In this document: positions 23,255 through 37,047 of the stretch, one piece after another
Position numbering within the stretch: position 1 is the first letter of the stretch
Layout of the letters: each line of letters begins with the position of its first letter
Source of the DNA: Cyanophora paradoxa CCMP329
Taxonomy: Eukaryota; Plantae; Glaucophyta
Length of the DNA: 64,000 nucleotides
Assembly (NCBI GenBank): GCA_004431415.1
Contig: QPMI01000591.1
Coordinates: 1-64,000, forward strand
Direction of reading: 5' to 3'
Notes under the pieces: generated by a model
What the model saw: only the letters and a program-made list of their open reading frames with translations
What the model was told of the DNA's origin: nothing
Databases searched by the model: none
Translations under genes and position numbers: made by a program

Positions 23255-24754
23255 CTGCGCAGTTCAACATACACGGCAATTTATAATTAAGCCGGGGCCG
23301 GCCGCGACTCGGCGCGCGAGGGGGGCGCCGCGTCCTACTATAGCTAGTATATATATAGCTACTGCATGTGACTCCTAGTCTGTCCTAGAGAACCATGACA
23401 GTACCCGGTACGAAGTTACTACGAACTGTCACAAAATGACTCACATTAATTGTGAGCGCTGCAATGGCCATTATGGCCCTGCATGATGACTCATTGATGA
23501 GGCTGCGGATCCATGATTCATGCAGAATCATGCTTCATCGATCCATGATTCATGCTTCATCCTAAGGACCGCATATATGCGCGCAAGGCTGTCAATGGTA
23601 TACAGCTGGATCTTATTAGTACCAAAGTTTTGAAAACCTGAACCGCGCTAGGGGGTACGTATACGTAGCTCTGTCGCGTCGTCCCGCCCGCACTGCGTAT
23701 GCGCCTGCTCGCCTCAGGGGCGCCTTGAAAAAGAAGCGAAGGCGGGCGCATGCGCACCAGCAGACCCCCTCGCGCGCGCCGCGCCCACCCCCTAGGGCCC
23801 CTACTAAAGCTCCGGATCCCTACTAAAGCGCTCCGCGCGGGCAAGTCTTAAATATTTTCAGGCTACTAAACCGGCCAAAATCATGATTACTAAGTATTTT
23901 GGGGTCTTAAATATTACCCGAATTACAGGCTAATTTACAGCAGTCGATCCCGGATCCCCGGAGTCGGAGGGAGTCCCGGACATCTGCCGCGCGGCCAGAT
24001 GATGGCCCGGATCCGGAGTCCCGGATCCCGGAGTCCGCAGCGGCCCCGGGTATATATATATATATCGTACAACGTACCGTAGTACCGTAGTACCGTTGAA
24101 CCGCGGCGCGCCGCGCGGGCGCCGGGCCGCCGGGCCGCCGGGCCCGCGCGCGGCCGCCGGCCCGCCGCCGGCTGGCCCGGCGCCTCGCGGCGCGGCCGGC
24201 CCGGCCCGGCGGCCGGCGGCGGGCCGGGCCGCCGGGCCGCCGGGCCGGCGCCGGCTGGCCGCACTGCATCACAGTCTGCATGCGCATGCATATGCTGCGG
24301 CAGCGCTAGCGCTACCCGGTAGGCTCCGGTAGCACTAGTACACTGTAGCCTAGTAGTAGTACTAACTTAGTAAGTATAGCGCTAGCGCGCGACTCGGCGA
24401 GCATATGCATATCGCGATTCGCGAATCGCGAATCGCGATCGATATCGATCATCGGATATCGGATCATCGGATCATCGCCGACTCGGCGGAGTCGGCGCGG
24501 CGAGTCTAGTCGGCGCGGCGCGGCGCGGCGCCGGCGCCGGCGGGATTTCCGCGGCCGTACTACGTCGCGGGCCCGCGGCGCGATTGCCGCGCGGCGCGAA
24601 GCGTGAGAAGCACTGAGGAGTCAGTGAGGACCCAGTGAGGAGCAGTGAGGACTCGCACGACGTTGACAGCAGCACTGCCGCAGAGCGCGCAGCGAACGCT
24701 CAAGGCTTGTAAGTTGTAACGGCAGCTCCCGAGTCGCAGCTGATTCGCCGAGTG

Positions 24755-25871
24755 ATGGACCAGAGGCCGCATCGCACGATGCGCTCGTCGTCCCTCACCG
24801 CACTTCAAGGACCTTCATCCGCGAACGTCGCGCTCAGCATACAGCTGCAGGCGCCACTCAACCACGTCCCCGCCAGCGGCCTCGGTGCGCGACGCGCCAC
24901 GCGTACGCGTACGAAATCACGACATCGACATCGCGGCCGCGGCCCAGTCCAGATCTGACCGGAAGCCTGCAGCTGACATCTCGCTCGCAGGCTTCATGTA
25001 CGCGCCGGCCCAGCCGGCTCCGAGCTCGAGCCCGTACGCGGAGCCGAAGAGCCCTCCCGGGCATGCGCTCGCCGCCGCTCGCATGCATATGAGGCGCGTC
25101 TCCGCCGAGTCTTCGGCCTCGTCGATGCGGTCCGCGAGCCCTGATCCCGGCGCCGGCCCCTGGTCCCGCTCCGGTTCCCTGGATGTCTCCGGCTTCCCAG
25201 CCCGCCCGCACTCTTTCTCCACCGCCCCCGAGGCGCATCTGCAGCAGCAGTGCCCGCCGGGGCCGCACGGCGCCGGCCCGCACCCCGCGAACTGGCCGGC
25301 GCCCAGCGCCAACTGGCCCAACGTCTGGTCCGAGGCGCAGTACGGGGGTCTGCAGCTCGGCGGCATGCCGCAGCCGCCTCCGGGGCGCGCCGACTCGCCG
25401 GCGCCCTCCGCCATGAGCGCCGCCTCGGAGCGCACGGCCGCGACGGTCCCAGCGGTGCCGGTGCCCTTCATCCGCATGCCGCCCCCGGGGCCCCGGCCCC
25501 GCAGCAACTCGACCCCCTTCGCCCTATCCCCCCTCTGGACGACGAGCCCCGATGCCTACTGCTACAAAGCCCGACAGGGTGCGCCGGCCGCCCCGCCCCC
25601 CGCGGCTCCCCGCCGAGCCGGCCGGCCGGGCGAACGCTCTCCTGCAGATGCGATCACAAGGCGCCTGGACTCGCTGGAGCAGTCGGGCGTGCGCCGCCGC
25701 TCCATCACGTCTCTGGGGCCGCACGCCTCCAGCCCGCTCTGCGTGAGCCCTGTTCCGGGGGCGCGCGTCGGCGTCGGCGCCGGCGCCGGCGCGCCGGTCC
25801 TCACGATCGACGACCCAATGATGGACGACGACCAGCCGGCCCCCTCGCCCAGATCTAGAGACGCCAAGTGA
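24755..25871 (+). CDS. Hypothetical Pro/Ser/Ala-rich disordered protein (multi-exon)
   Basis: ATG at 24755, high GC3 codon pattern, GT-AG introns, stop at 25871 followed by lower-GC 3' sequence. Confidence 0.55.
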
Positions 25872-26482
25872 CGGTCCCGCGGCCGCCTTGCACCCTGTAC
25901 TTGTACCCCTTTCTTTCTCATAGAATAGCAGCCAGCGCAGCCGCAGCCACAGTGCGTTTCTAGTTCTAGCAGCACCCGTTTCAATTAGTCTTTGCGTTAT
26001 TTGTGTGCAGATCTATCATTTGAGCCCCTTAAGCGTAGAGGAGCCTAAAGTGAGGTCGTCGCGCCCGTCAGATCCTTGTTTTCATTGGACGCGAGCGTTT
26101 CATAGTACGCAACAGCATTGAGTATTGGAGAGAGCGGCCCGACGCCGCGGCCCGCGGCCCGCCTCGTGCTAGTCATCTTGTCAATGTGTCCCATAGTACT
26201 TGGAGCATGCGATGTGTATATATTATCCGTATTTATACCTCTTCAGGGCTTCGCGTCTCTACTCGACCTCGAGCTCGGCAGAGACCCGCTCTGCGTTTCC
26301 TGTGTGCACGTTTTTCATCGTATCTACTGGATTTGCGAATTCTCATTATTATTCCGCGCGCGTTTATTGTGCTTTCTGATTGTAGACTCGAATTCTGAGG
26401 CGAGTACATTGCATGAAATTGCTCTGCGGGTTCGGGTTTTGCTGTGCTGATTAAAAGGGCACTGGTGGGGACTCGGGAGGCC

Positions 26483-28298
26483 TCAAACGCGGGCGGCCGC
26501 GGCGCTCGGAAGCGCCGGGGCCGGGGCCGGGGGGCGGGGCTCGGCCTCGGCGCGGCTAAGGAGCTCGGCGACCGTCCGCTCGAAGAGGCTGCCGCCGCCG
26601 TCCCGCCGCAGCGACCCCGGATTCAGGCCCGCCAGGTGCGCCTTCCCCGTGACCTGGCAGCCCGCGATCGGGCGCGGGGGGGGGGGGGGGGGGGGGGGGA
26701 GGGGGAAGGGGGGTACGTGGCTCCAGAGGTGGAGGGCGTAGCGGGGCCCCTCCGGGCCGTCCTCGGGCAGGGCCGGGGCCGCCGGGTCAAAGATCTATTC
26801 CGCGATCAATTCAACGGCGGTGCGGGGGTACGGAATGCGAAGGTGCCGGCCTGCGAGGCGCGGCTCCAGTCGGGGGCGAAGAAGGCCCGGGGGGGTAGCA
26901 CGTTGACGAGCCCCGGCCGCGAGTCCGCGATGCGCCGCGGGAGGCGGATCGACGATTCGTCCCACAGGCTGCCGCGTTCTCGTTGTGGGGTACGCGGGCG
27001 CGGGAGCGGGACGGGATGGGGGTACGGCGCACTCGTCGTTGAAGTCCTTGTACCCGGCCAGCCACTCGGAGAGGAAGGGGGCGCCCGGCGCGGCCAGGAT
27101 CACCTGCCCGGGGTACATGCGGGGAGCCCGGCCGGCGGGTGGCGGGGGCGGGGTACCGCGTTACAGAGGCCGCCGTCCTCCTGCCGGGCGGTAACGGTCG
27201 GCAGGGGGTTACGTTATTGGGGAGGCGAGGCGGGCCTGGAGCCCCATTGTGACGGGGGCGGGGCCCTTGAGCAGCGGGTCGAAGGACCGGAGGGGTAGCA
27301 CGTCGGTGTCGAGGTAGATCCCGCCTGCCCGTACACGTACCCCCGTCATGCTCCGGACATGGGTACGCCAAACCGCGCGGCTCGAGCTCGCCCCGAGCGC
27401 GGAGGATCTCGATTCGAAGGATATCGGCCTTGTGCGCCAGCTCCCGGACCTGCGCAGGGCTCGAATCCCGCGGAGGCCGGTTTCCAAAACGGCAAATCAG
27501 ATAGCGGACCGGGTGGCCAAAGATCGAGTCGGCGGTGCGGGCGGGCACCACGGTCACCTGAGACGGGCGCACTAAAAGGGCGGCGGACGAGGGCGAGGCG
27601 GGGGCCGGCGGGGCCCACCAGGGGGCGGACGGAGGACCACCAGGGGCCGAGCGGCTCGGGGCTCGAGACGGAGGACGAGAGGTGGAAGCCTGAGGGGCGT
27701 CGTGCGCGCCGCGTACGCGTCAGTCGGCCAGCCAGGCCGGCGCCGCGACGCCCAGCTAGGGCCCGGCGGCCGTGCGCGGAGTCCGGGCGCGCAGATGCAA
27801 TCCGGCTTGATGTGGACGCGCGAAGCCAACACGCTGAGGAACGCAGAGAAACCTGTGCGGCCAGCACGCTGAGGAAAGCGGAGGAAAGAGGAAAGGAAGC
27901 CAGCACGCCAAACGACGATGTGGGGCCCTGGAACCTGCACGCCACGAGAGTCGGCTCGCAACGCGACGACGGCAAGAGAAATCCGAGAGAAGGTATTTGC
28001 ACCAGATGTAGTGAACGAGCTTCGGATACGGGGGCGTGCTCTCGTTGCTCGCGGCGCCCTGCGCATGCGCCTCGGGCTCGTCCGCTTTGGGGGGGCGGCA
28101 GCGCGCTTCGCAGAAGCCGGAGGTGGCCTCTGGGCGCGCTTTGGAAGCGCTCGATTCCAGCAATGGCGGATCGCTGGAGCCAAGCAAAACCGCGGCCCGC
28201 TGGACGTACGCAGGCCCGACGATAAGCGCAAGCGCAAGAAGAAGGAAGACGAGTACGACTGCTGGGCGACGCGCCGCCTCCTTCAGCGTCGGCCGCAT
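26483..28298 (-). CDS. Glycosyltransferase family 32 (DXD sugar-binding, alpha-1,4-glycosyltransferase-like), type II membrane protein
   Basis: N-terminal anchor AVVLVFLLLALALIVG, then YPKLVHYIW, AHKADILRIEIL, GGIYLDTDVLPLRSFDPL and VILAAPGAPFLSEWLAGYKDFND. Confidence 0.9.
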
Positions 28299-28722
28299 CG
28301 GGAGAGCGGCGCGAAGAATTCGATCTTGGCCCTGGGGTACAGTCAATTTGTGGTGCCGCCAGGGTTGAAGGCCCGCTTCACCAATACCAGCCTTCCAAGG
28401 TCGGCAGCCCAGTGCCTGTGGCGATCTTGCAATTGCAGCTGGCCGCCAGCATGCGCCTGGCGACGCCCCCTCCGGCTCGCTTCTCGACCTCGAATCTTCA
28501 CAACAGGTTCGCGGTACACTTAGTGGCACTTAGCCGGCTCCCGCCAGCTCCGAGGCTCCGATCAAGCGCGCGCCTTTCAAACCACCTAGGGACGTTCTGC
28601 GGCCCACGGGTCCACGGCCGTGCTCCGAGTAGGAACGCTTAGCTGCGAGCCCTTGCATAGCTAAGCCTGGCTGCACGCGCGCCGCCTGCGTTCAAGGGCT
28701 GGGTAACGCCGAGCCGGTTCCG

Positions 28723-30325
28723 ATGTACGCGAGCCCTTGCCTGCCCCGTGGAGACAGCGTGCTCTTGTGGGTGACGTAGAAGCAGGCGGAAGGGCGCCCG
28801 GGCCAAGGGGCTTGCGCCTCGGCGGGTGCTGAGGGGGCGCTTGCGTGCGCAGGGACCCCTCGCAGAACCGGGCCCCGCCGAAGGTGCGTATGCGGCGGCG
28901 CGGCCGGCCTCCGCTCGCCGCTCTCGCGCGCGCGCCGGCGCTGACGGCGCCGCCCGCCCGCGGGGCAGCCGCCGGGGCGCCGGACGAGGAGGCGGCGCTT
29001 CGTGCGCTGAAGGCGGAGATCGGGGAGCTTGAGGGGCGCCTGCTGGCGCGGGAGGAGGCCGAGGAGGGGCCGGCGCCCGGCCCCGTCGAGCTGCTCGCCC
29101 GCCCCGCCCCCTGGCGCCCGCCCCGCGCCCCCGGCAGCGCCCCGCCCGTCAACCCCGCCGCTCCCCGGACGGTCCGCCCGCCCGCCCCGCCCCGCCCCGC
29201 CCGCGCCGCCTGCAGCCCCGCCCGACGCGGAGAGGGCATGATCAGACCCGGACGGGACGCCGCTGCGGGCGTCGCGGGTGGGCCTCGGGAGCGCGCCGAG
29301 CGCGGCGGGGGCCGGGGCCGGGGCCGGCGGGCGGCGCGTCTCGTCGGGGGCGGCGGCCCTGGAAGACGTCCTCCACGCCCGCCGCTCCGGCCTCCTGTGC
29401 GCCCAGCCCAGCCCCTCCCGCCCGCGCGGCCGTTTCCCTTAGCCGAGGCCCCTCGCAGGTTCCTTGAGGGGCGGACGGGCTCGCCGCTCTCCGGGCGGGA
29501 CGCCCCCGAGACCCCGCCCGGGCGCCCCGCCACGGCCGCCGCCGCGGCGCCCGGCCCGGCGCCCCTGCCACCCTCGCCGGCCGCCCTCGGCTCCTCGGCC
29601 TCCAGTCCCGCCATCCCCGCCTCGTACACCTTCGGGCGGAGCCTCGCGCTCGACGACTTCAGCCGGGTACGGCATTCCGCCCTCTTCTTCTTCTTCTTCG
29701 CCGGCCCGCCCCCGCGTGACGCGCACCTATCCTCTCGCAGACGCGCGCGGAGCTGCGGAAGGCCCAGAAGCGGTGCGGGGGTACAGGGATGTGGGCCCGG
29801 GGGTACAGGGAGCCGGCGTCGAGGCGGGGGGTACGGGGCGGCAGGATTCGGGCGCTGGAAGCGGAGGCTGAGGACGCGAGGGCGGCCTCCGCGGCGCTCC
29901 GAAAGGAGAACGAAGAACTCAGGGGGCGGCTCGCGGTGCGGCGTACCCCCCTGGGGAACCCGCGCCCCCGCCTCACGCCGGGGGGGGGGGTACAGGGCGC
30001 GGACGAGGACGGGTCGGAGGGCTCCGCGGCCCACGAGGAGGATAAGTCTATTCTCTCGAGGTCGCGCAGCTCGCCGGGGCTTGGCCTCACCCTGGTGCGT
30101 CCGGGCGCCAACCGCCCGGGGTACGGCTTTCGTTTCCCGACCCCCGCCGCAGCAGCTGGGGCGGACCCCGTCCGCTGCCGGCGGACCCCCGCCGCTCACA
30201 ACGGTGGGCCCGGGGCCGCCCCGCTCGAACTGTACCCCCCGGAGATTCGAGCCGCCGCGCGCAGAGGAGGAGGGGGTCGAACACGACGGGGCACGCCGCC
30301 GCCCTCGTGCGTACCCCTCGACGCC

Positions 30326-30360
<35 letters not shown>

Positions 30361-33300
30361 ACTCAAGCCCGCGCAGGTGCGGTCGCAGAGCTTTGCGGCG
30401 GTGCGGCCGGCGGCGCAGGGCGACTCGGCCACCGCGGATCAAATGTGCGCGAGGCCCAAACCCCCTTCGGAATTCATAGGAATCAGTTGTAGCACCGAGT
30501 GCCCGGGTGAAGTCGTGCAAGCAAGAGAAGTCTAGCGAATCGAAGAGCAAGTTAGAAGACGTCTCCCTCGCTAGCCGCAAAGCAGCATTTTGCAGAAATA
30601 TTCGATCGTACAGATATACTACCATATATTCATTGTCAATGTTATGAAAACTTTGCAAGATTTAGAAAATACTGACCACTGGTATCCCGGCAGGCTGCAG
30701 CTGGCCCGGCGCGGGGACGTCGAGAAGCTCGAGGCGCTGCTGCGGCGGGGCGCCCCCGTCGACATCGGCGACCGCAACCTCCAGACCCGTGCTCGCGCCC
30801 CTCCCCTCTTCTTCGCCCCCGCCGCCCCCTCCTCCTCATTACTCCCGCCCTCCCCCTTTCCTCGAACGCGTCCTCCTCCTCCGCCCCCTGTCTGAGCGGG
30901 CGGCGCGGGGCGGCAGCGCTGCACGCGGCGGCGGCGGAGGGGCAGCTCGCCGCCGCCATCGCCCTCCTCGACGCCGGCGCCTCAGTCAACGTCCTCGACC
31001 GGTACCCCCCCGCGCTCCCGCCCCCCCCCCCCCCCCCCCCCTCCCCGCCCTCCCAAAGAGCGAACGAAGTAAAGCTGAAGCTGAGGAAATGGCGGAACAG
31101 GTGGAAGGGGACGGCGCTGGGGGAGGCGCTGCGGGGCCGCCACACGGAGGTCGCCCGCCTCCTCAAGAGCCGCGGCGCCCTCACCTACGCCGAGCTCAAG
31201 CGCCGCGTGCGCTCCCCTTCTCTTCTTTGTTTCTTTACTCTCTTCTTTATGTGTTTCTCGCGCAGGCGGCGGCGGGAGACGGGGCGCTGGCGACGGCTGG
31301 CTCCCGCGGGAAACACGTGCACGGGCCCCTCGCGCTGGCGGTGCGGCGGGCCCAGCGCCGGCTCCGGTTCCGGCTCCGGCCGCGCCGGCCGTTCTGAGCG
31401 CGTTCGCGCCTCGTGCGGGGGCGCAGGTGCCGGGCGGGGCGCCGGGGGGCGGCGGCAGCCTGAAGGTCCCCGGGGCGCCCCGCGGGCGGCCCAGGCGCAC
31501 GGGAAGCGCCCCTCGGCGTCCGCGGCGGCCGACGCGGAGAACTCGGTGGGGGACCTGAGGCGCGCCCCCCCGCCCTAAACGTACTTTGAACTTCGAACTT
31601 TAACCTTGTACCCCCTCGCAGCCGGGTAGAGGAGATCGCGGCGGCCGAGGACCTGTGCGCCGCGGCCGCCGCCGGGGACGTCCTCAGGATCCAGGCCCGC
31701 CCCCGCCCCCGCCATCGCCACCGCTCCCGCCCCCGCGCCCCGCCCCGCCCCGGCTCCCCTCTGCTCTGAAAGCGGCCCGCAGGAGTACGTCACTTCGCTG
31801 GGATACAGCACCGATGCGGGGGACTACGACAAGGCGCGCGCGCGCCTGCCCCCGCTTGCTTTCACGAGAACTCCCGCCTGACTCCGCCCCCGCAGAGGAC
31901 GCGTGCGCTCGGACCCGGCGCCGGCTCGGGGCCGCCCACGCGGCGCCGCGGCGCTAACGGGGCGGCGGCAGCGCTGCACGCGGCGGCGGCGGCGGGGCGC
32001 GTCGAGGCGGTCGTAGCCCTCCTCGAGCTGGGGGGTACGCCGTTCTTCTTATCCTCCTCTTCATTCGGTATCTTGCCTGAGAGAGAGGGCGCCGCGCAGC
32101 GTACCCCAACCTGCGGGATCGCTGGGGCAGTACCCCCCTCGAGGTGCGCGCCGCGCCGCAATGCGTACCCCGGGACCTCTCGGACCTCTCACGCCCCCTG
32201 AACCCCGTACCCCCGCGCAGGACGCAACGCGGGGCAAGCACGAGGCCGCCGCCTCCATACTACGGCAGCAGTGCGCCGCGGCCGCCCCGCCCCGCCCGCC
32301 CCGTCCATCTTCGCCCGCCCGTCCGACGCGCCCCACAGCGGTGCCAAGGCTGGCCTGGAGGCGGCGCGCGACGAGCGGGCGCGGGCGGCCCGCGGGCGGC
32401 GCACCTCCCTCTCCCAATGTGCGTCCGGACGCTCCGCCACCCGCCCGCCCGCCCGCGTTGACGCCGACGGCGCGTGCGCCCCGCAGCCGTGCACACGGGG
32501 TCGAAGGGATCGTTCCGTGCCGGGGCGGTGGGCACCAGGGCGCAGGCACGCCCGCTCCTCCTCCCGCCCCAACCCGCCCCCTCCTTACGACAGCGCCAGC
32601 CGCTGGAGCGGGCGCGCTCGAACGCGACGACGCCGGGCGGCGGCCGCCGCGGCTCCATCGCCTCCGCCTCCACCGGCGCGCCCGCCCGCCCGCCCGCTCC
32701 GCCTTCGCTTGGCCTGGAGGAACGGTCGCCTGGCTCACTCGCTCGCTCGCTCGCCGCAGACTCGTTCGCTGTGGGCTCGGCCCGGGGAGGGGGAGGCGGC
32801 GACGAGGGGTACGCCGACGAGTCCGGCCTGGCGGAGGCCTTCTTCGAGGGTGCGGGGGGTACCCGCCTCTTTCGGCGCAGCGGTGGTACCCACGCGCGCC
32901 TCCCGGCGCGCAGCGGTGAGCTCGTCGGACCTGTCGAGGCTCGAGGCGGCCCTCCAGGTACCCGTACCCCCCTTTCACCTACCCACCCGACTCTGATTCC
33001 GGCCCCGATTAGGGCGGCGGGGCGACCTCCGAGGAGCTGGCGACGCTCGTCGAGAGGCTCCAGCGGCTCCTCGCGGTGCGCCAGAGAAGAAGAAAAGAGG
33101 CCGAAAGCTCACCTGACCTGAGCTGAGCTGACTGAGCTACCTACGGCCGGGCGCAGGGGGCGGACGCGCTGGCCGCGGAGCAGGAGGCGGAGGCTCTCAC
33201 CCACGAGCTCCAGCGCTGCGCCTGGCGCGCCCCGCCGCCCCGCTCTCTTAAGAAACCAAAGGAATCACTAGAGCCTTTCCTTTGCCGTCCCTGCCAAGCC

Positions 33301-34442
33301 CAAGGCCTTCTTCCACCACCCGCCCTTCCGCCCCCCCGCCGCTCCCTTTCCGGCCCTCCTCCCCTCCCCCGCCCCTTCTCAACCCCGCCCCCGCCCCGCC
33401 CCGCCTCGCCCCCGCAGCGACCTGGCGCACGGGGAGCGGGCGCTGCTCTACTTCGTCGTGCCCTCCGCCGGCAACGCCCTCTGCGCCAAGCACGCCGGTG
33501 CGTCCTCGCCTCGCTCGCGATCTCTTCCTTCGCTTAGACTTGGACCTTAGACCTTCGACCTTACATAATTATAACTTCACTTAGACCTTAGACCTTATAT
33601 GACTTCACTTAGACCTTAGACCTTAGACCTTAGACCTTAGACCTTCGCTTAGACCTTGCCGGCGCGTGCTCGGCTTGCGATCTCCTCCTTCTTCCTTGAC
33701 CCTCCCTCGCTTAGACCTGGCGGAGTCGACGCTCTTCGTGCCGATGGGGCGCGGCTTCGTGGGGACCTGCGCCCTCGCCGGCGCCCCCTTCCGCACCTCC
33801 GCGTACCCCCCGCCCCGCCCCTTCGTACTTCCTCCCCGCCTCTTATCTCTCCGCAGGCCGGAGGAGGAGCCGACGTACGTTCGGGACCTCGACGACCGCG
33901 CGGGGTGCGCACGCGCGCCGTTCGCCGGCCCCGCCCCGCCGGCGTGAAGCTGACCGGCCGGCCGGCCGGGGCCCCGATCGAGAAGGACGCGGCCCCGCGC
34001 CGTGATGTGCGTCCCGCTCCTCGGTGCCGCCCCGCCCCGCCCCGCCCTTCTCCGGCCCCCGCGCCGGGCTCCGCTGATCGCCGCGGGCCCCGCAGACGCG
34101 GAGACGATGCGGCCGGTGGCCGTCATGAAGATCACCTCCTCCCGCCTCGCCCCCCAGGCCCGCCCTGCCATGTCCTGTCCCCTCCTCCGCCCCGCCTCCT
34201 CTTACATCGTTCGCCTCTGCCTGCTTTGCAGCCGGTGCCGGTGCCGGCGCCGGGCACCAACCCCGAGGACGCCGTCCTTCCCCCCCGCCAGGCAAGCAAG
34301 CGAGCGGGCAGCGGGCGCCTCCGCCTCCGCCTCCGCCTCCGCCGGCTTTTCTTTGTTCACCTTCTTTGCTTCTTCGCGCGCAGCCGGTGGGCTTCAGCCG
34401 CCTCGACGAGCTGCTCGTCGCCCTCCTCCTCCGCCGCGTCCG

Positions 34443-34473
<31 letters not shown>

Positions 34474-36571
34474 CTTCCCTTTGATTTGATTCGATCGGCG
34501 GGCGCAGGCGGCGCCGCTGTTCGCGGCGGCGCAGCGCGCGCGGCAGACGCGCGTCCTCCTCGAGGGCATGCAGGTCCGCCCCCGGCCCCGGCCCCGCCCA
34601 GCCCGAGCCCGAGCCCGAGAGCCGAGACCGGGCCCGGGCCCGAGCGCCGGCCGCGCTCCCTGGGGGGCGGTTGGGCCGGATATCGTTTAATTTATGACCG
34701 CCCCTATGTCCATCGGTACTAGCAACGTCGCTGAGAGTGATGTACGCCTTCTGAGGGCTTGGCTTGGGACAGGGGATCGCGCACGCGGCGGGGCTGGCGC
34801 TGCTGCAGGTCAAGACGCAGCGGAGCCCCGTCGCCACCCTCCGTCCGCCCCGGCCCCCGCCCCGCCTCGCCCTCCGCCCCGCCGCCCGCCCCCCCTAACT
34901 AAATACCCTAGCCCCCTAGTCTTTAATTCAACTAAGAGAATCCCGCCCCGTCGCCACCCTCCGTCCGCCCCGCCCGCGCCCCCTAACTAAGGACCCCCAT
35001 CAACGTTATAGTCTTCAACTTGACTAAGAGAATCCCGCCCCGTCGCCACCCTCCGTCCGCCCCGCCCGCGCCCCCGCCCCGCCCTCCGCCCCCTTACTAA
35101 GGACCCCCGCCTCCTAGTCTTCAATTTTACTAAGAGAAACCAAGAGAATCCCGCCCCGCCCCCGCCCCCCGCCCACTCGGCGCCGCAGAGCAGCTGCTGG
35201 CGGGGGTGGCGGAGGGGCTCCTCAAGTGCGAGGCCATCTACCTCTTCCTCGCCGACAAGGCCCGCCCCGCCCCGCCCCGCCTTTTCTATGCCCGCTCTGT
35301 TATGCTAGAGAGTCTTCGATTGGACGGCGTTAGACGGCGTCCAGTGGACCTCCTCCTCGTCGCCCCGCCCCGCCCCGCCCCGCCCCGCTCCCCCGCGCTT
35401 CTCTCTCGCTGAATGGCGCCCGGGCGTGCGTGCCTGCGCAGCCGGGGCGGGCGTGCGAGGAGATCCTGGACACCGTGAACCGCAACGCGGCTGGCAACCC
35501 CCGCCAGTACGACGCTTCGGCTCCTCCCCTTCTTTCCCTCCCTTCGGCCCCCTCCGACGGGCGCGGGCGGGCGGGCGGGGGTACAGGATCTCGGCGCGGG
35601 AGGGGATCGTGGCGCGGGTGCTCCTCACGAACCAGGCGAGCGAGCGCGCGCGCCGCCGCGGATCCGGCTCGGACTCCGCTCCTCCTCCGGCCCCTCGCCT
35701 GATCCCCTTCTTCTTCGCGCAGGGGACGCACATCCGGGACGCGGCGTCCGACCGGCGCGCTGATCTGAGCCGAGCCGATCTGATCTGAGCCCATCTGATC
35801 TGACCGCGGGGGGCGCAGGCGCGTGGCGAACACGGCGAAGCGGGCAGCGACGCCGAAGGCCTCGAGCCCGGGCGGCGGCGGCGGAGCCGGCGGCCCCGGC
35901 GGCTCCGGTGCGCATGCTGCGGCCGCCCCGCCCGTCCCTCCTCCCTCCAGGTCCGAGCCTGGCGTCGGGCAGGGCCTGCGGCGGACGAGGGCCCGACGGA
36001 GGACCCGACGGGGGGCGACTTCGCCATGCGCAACGCCATCTTCGCCCCCGTCACCATCAGGGCCCGCCCGCCCCGCCAGCGCCCCCCACCCCCACCCCCT
36101 CCCCCCCCCCTTCCGGCTCACCTGAGCCGACTGCGCGCAGCACGCGGCGGTGGGGGTTGTCGGCGCCGTGAACCGCCTCCCCGAGGGCCAGGACTTCGGG
36201 TACCCCCCTCCGTCTCCACCCCTCACCCCTACCCACTTCGTTCGCTCGCAGGGACGAGGACGCGGAGCTGCTGGGGCCCCTCGGCACGTTCGCCGTCGCC
36301 TACCTCGTGCGTACCCCCCGCCTTCTTCCCCCCCCCATCTTCTCAGCGTACCCCGCAGCTGAACCGGGCGGTGACGCTCTCGGACGGGACGATCAACGCG
36401 CTCGGCATCCACTCGACCCTCGCCCGGGCCCGCCCCGCCCCGCCCCGCCCCGCCCCGCCCCGCCCCATCTAAGCTCAGTTTATGTTAGCTTCGCCCCGCC
36501 CGCCCGCGGCTTCTGACGTCTCTCCCGCACAGGTGCTGGTGAACCTGGCGAGGGTCCTCCGGGGCGAGTAG
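28723..36571 (+). CDS. Coiled-coil + ankyrin-repeat + GAF-domain protein (many exons, start uncertain)
   Basis: Ankyrin: ARRGDVEKLEALLRRGAPVDIGDRNLQT|ALHAAAAEGQLAAAIALLDAGASVNVLDR and DYDK...ALHAAAAAGRVEAVVALLELG|AYPNLRDRWGSTPLE|DATRGKH. GAF: LLKCEAIYLFLADK, YRISAREGIVARVLLTNQ, MRNAIFAPV, GVVGAVNR...F.DEDAELL. An earlier GAF-like segment LAHGERALLYFV. Confidence 0.75.
33533..33657. repeat. Intronic (TTAGACC)n heptamer repeat
   Basis: Direct reading; imperfect tandem copies. Confidence 0.85.
34826..35160. repeat. Intronic imperfect tandem repeat, about 3 copies
   Basis: CCCCGTCGCCACCCTCCGTCCGCCC...CTAAGAGAA unit repeated three times. Confidence 0.8.
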
Positions 36572-37047
36572 GCCTAGGCCTAGGGCCCCAGCGCTCGGCA
36601 GACCTTCCCATAGTGAAGGCCTAGGAGTGCACGCATGTGTGCCTGTATTCTAGAACTAGTGCTAGTGGTTCGAATCCGATTTTTGCACTGCGGTAGTCGA
36701 TCGAGATCGCAGAGACCCGCGGGTGCGGAGCTACTTCATTGCTAGTGCGGGCCTAGGAAGCGCGATCACTGAGTCATGGGCGAGTTGCATATATATACGT
36801 GAACTGTAGCACGTAAGGGCCCGGCGCCGGCCGGGGGAGCGTCGACGTGCTGGCTGTAGTAAGAGCGGCGCGTGATCATGAGCAAGGACGTCCCGGGTCC
36901 GCGCCGCGGCGCGGGCACGATACGATAACCGTTGAACGAACTGCAGCTGGCTCTTAGAAAGTTCATAGCGTCCAGTACCAGTATGGATCTGGACGTACTG
37001 GCAGCCGAGGCTGGCAATAATACAATAAGTTCATTACTAGTTGAACT

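Noticed and set aside
22175-24050. Large CCCGGG-ended element in TA-rich flanks (piggyBac-like)
   Set aside because: Inverted match is only about 6 bp and there is no clean TTAA duplication.
28661-30658. 665-aa minus-strand ORF and many other long Arg/Pro/Gly/Ala-rich ORFs at 24-48 kb
   Set aside because: Stop-poor shadow frames caused by over 70% GC. The real genes are spliced and on other frames or strands.
33533-33657. (TTAGACC)n as interstitial telomere
   Set aside because: Lacks the GGG/CCC run of telomeric repeats; ordinary intronic microsatellite.
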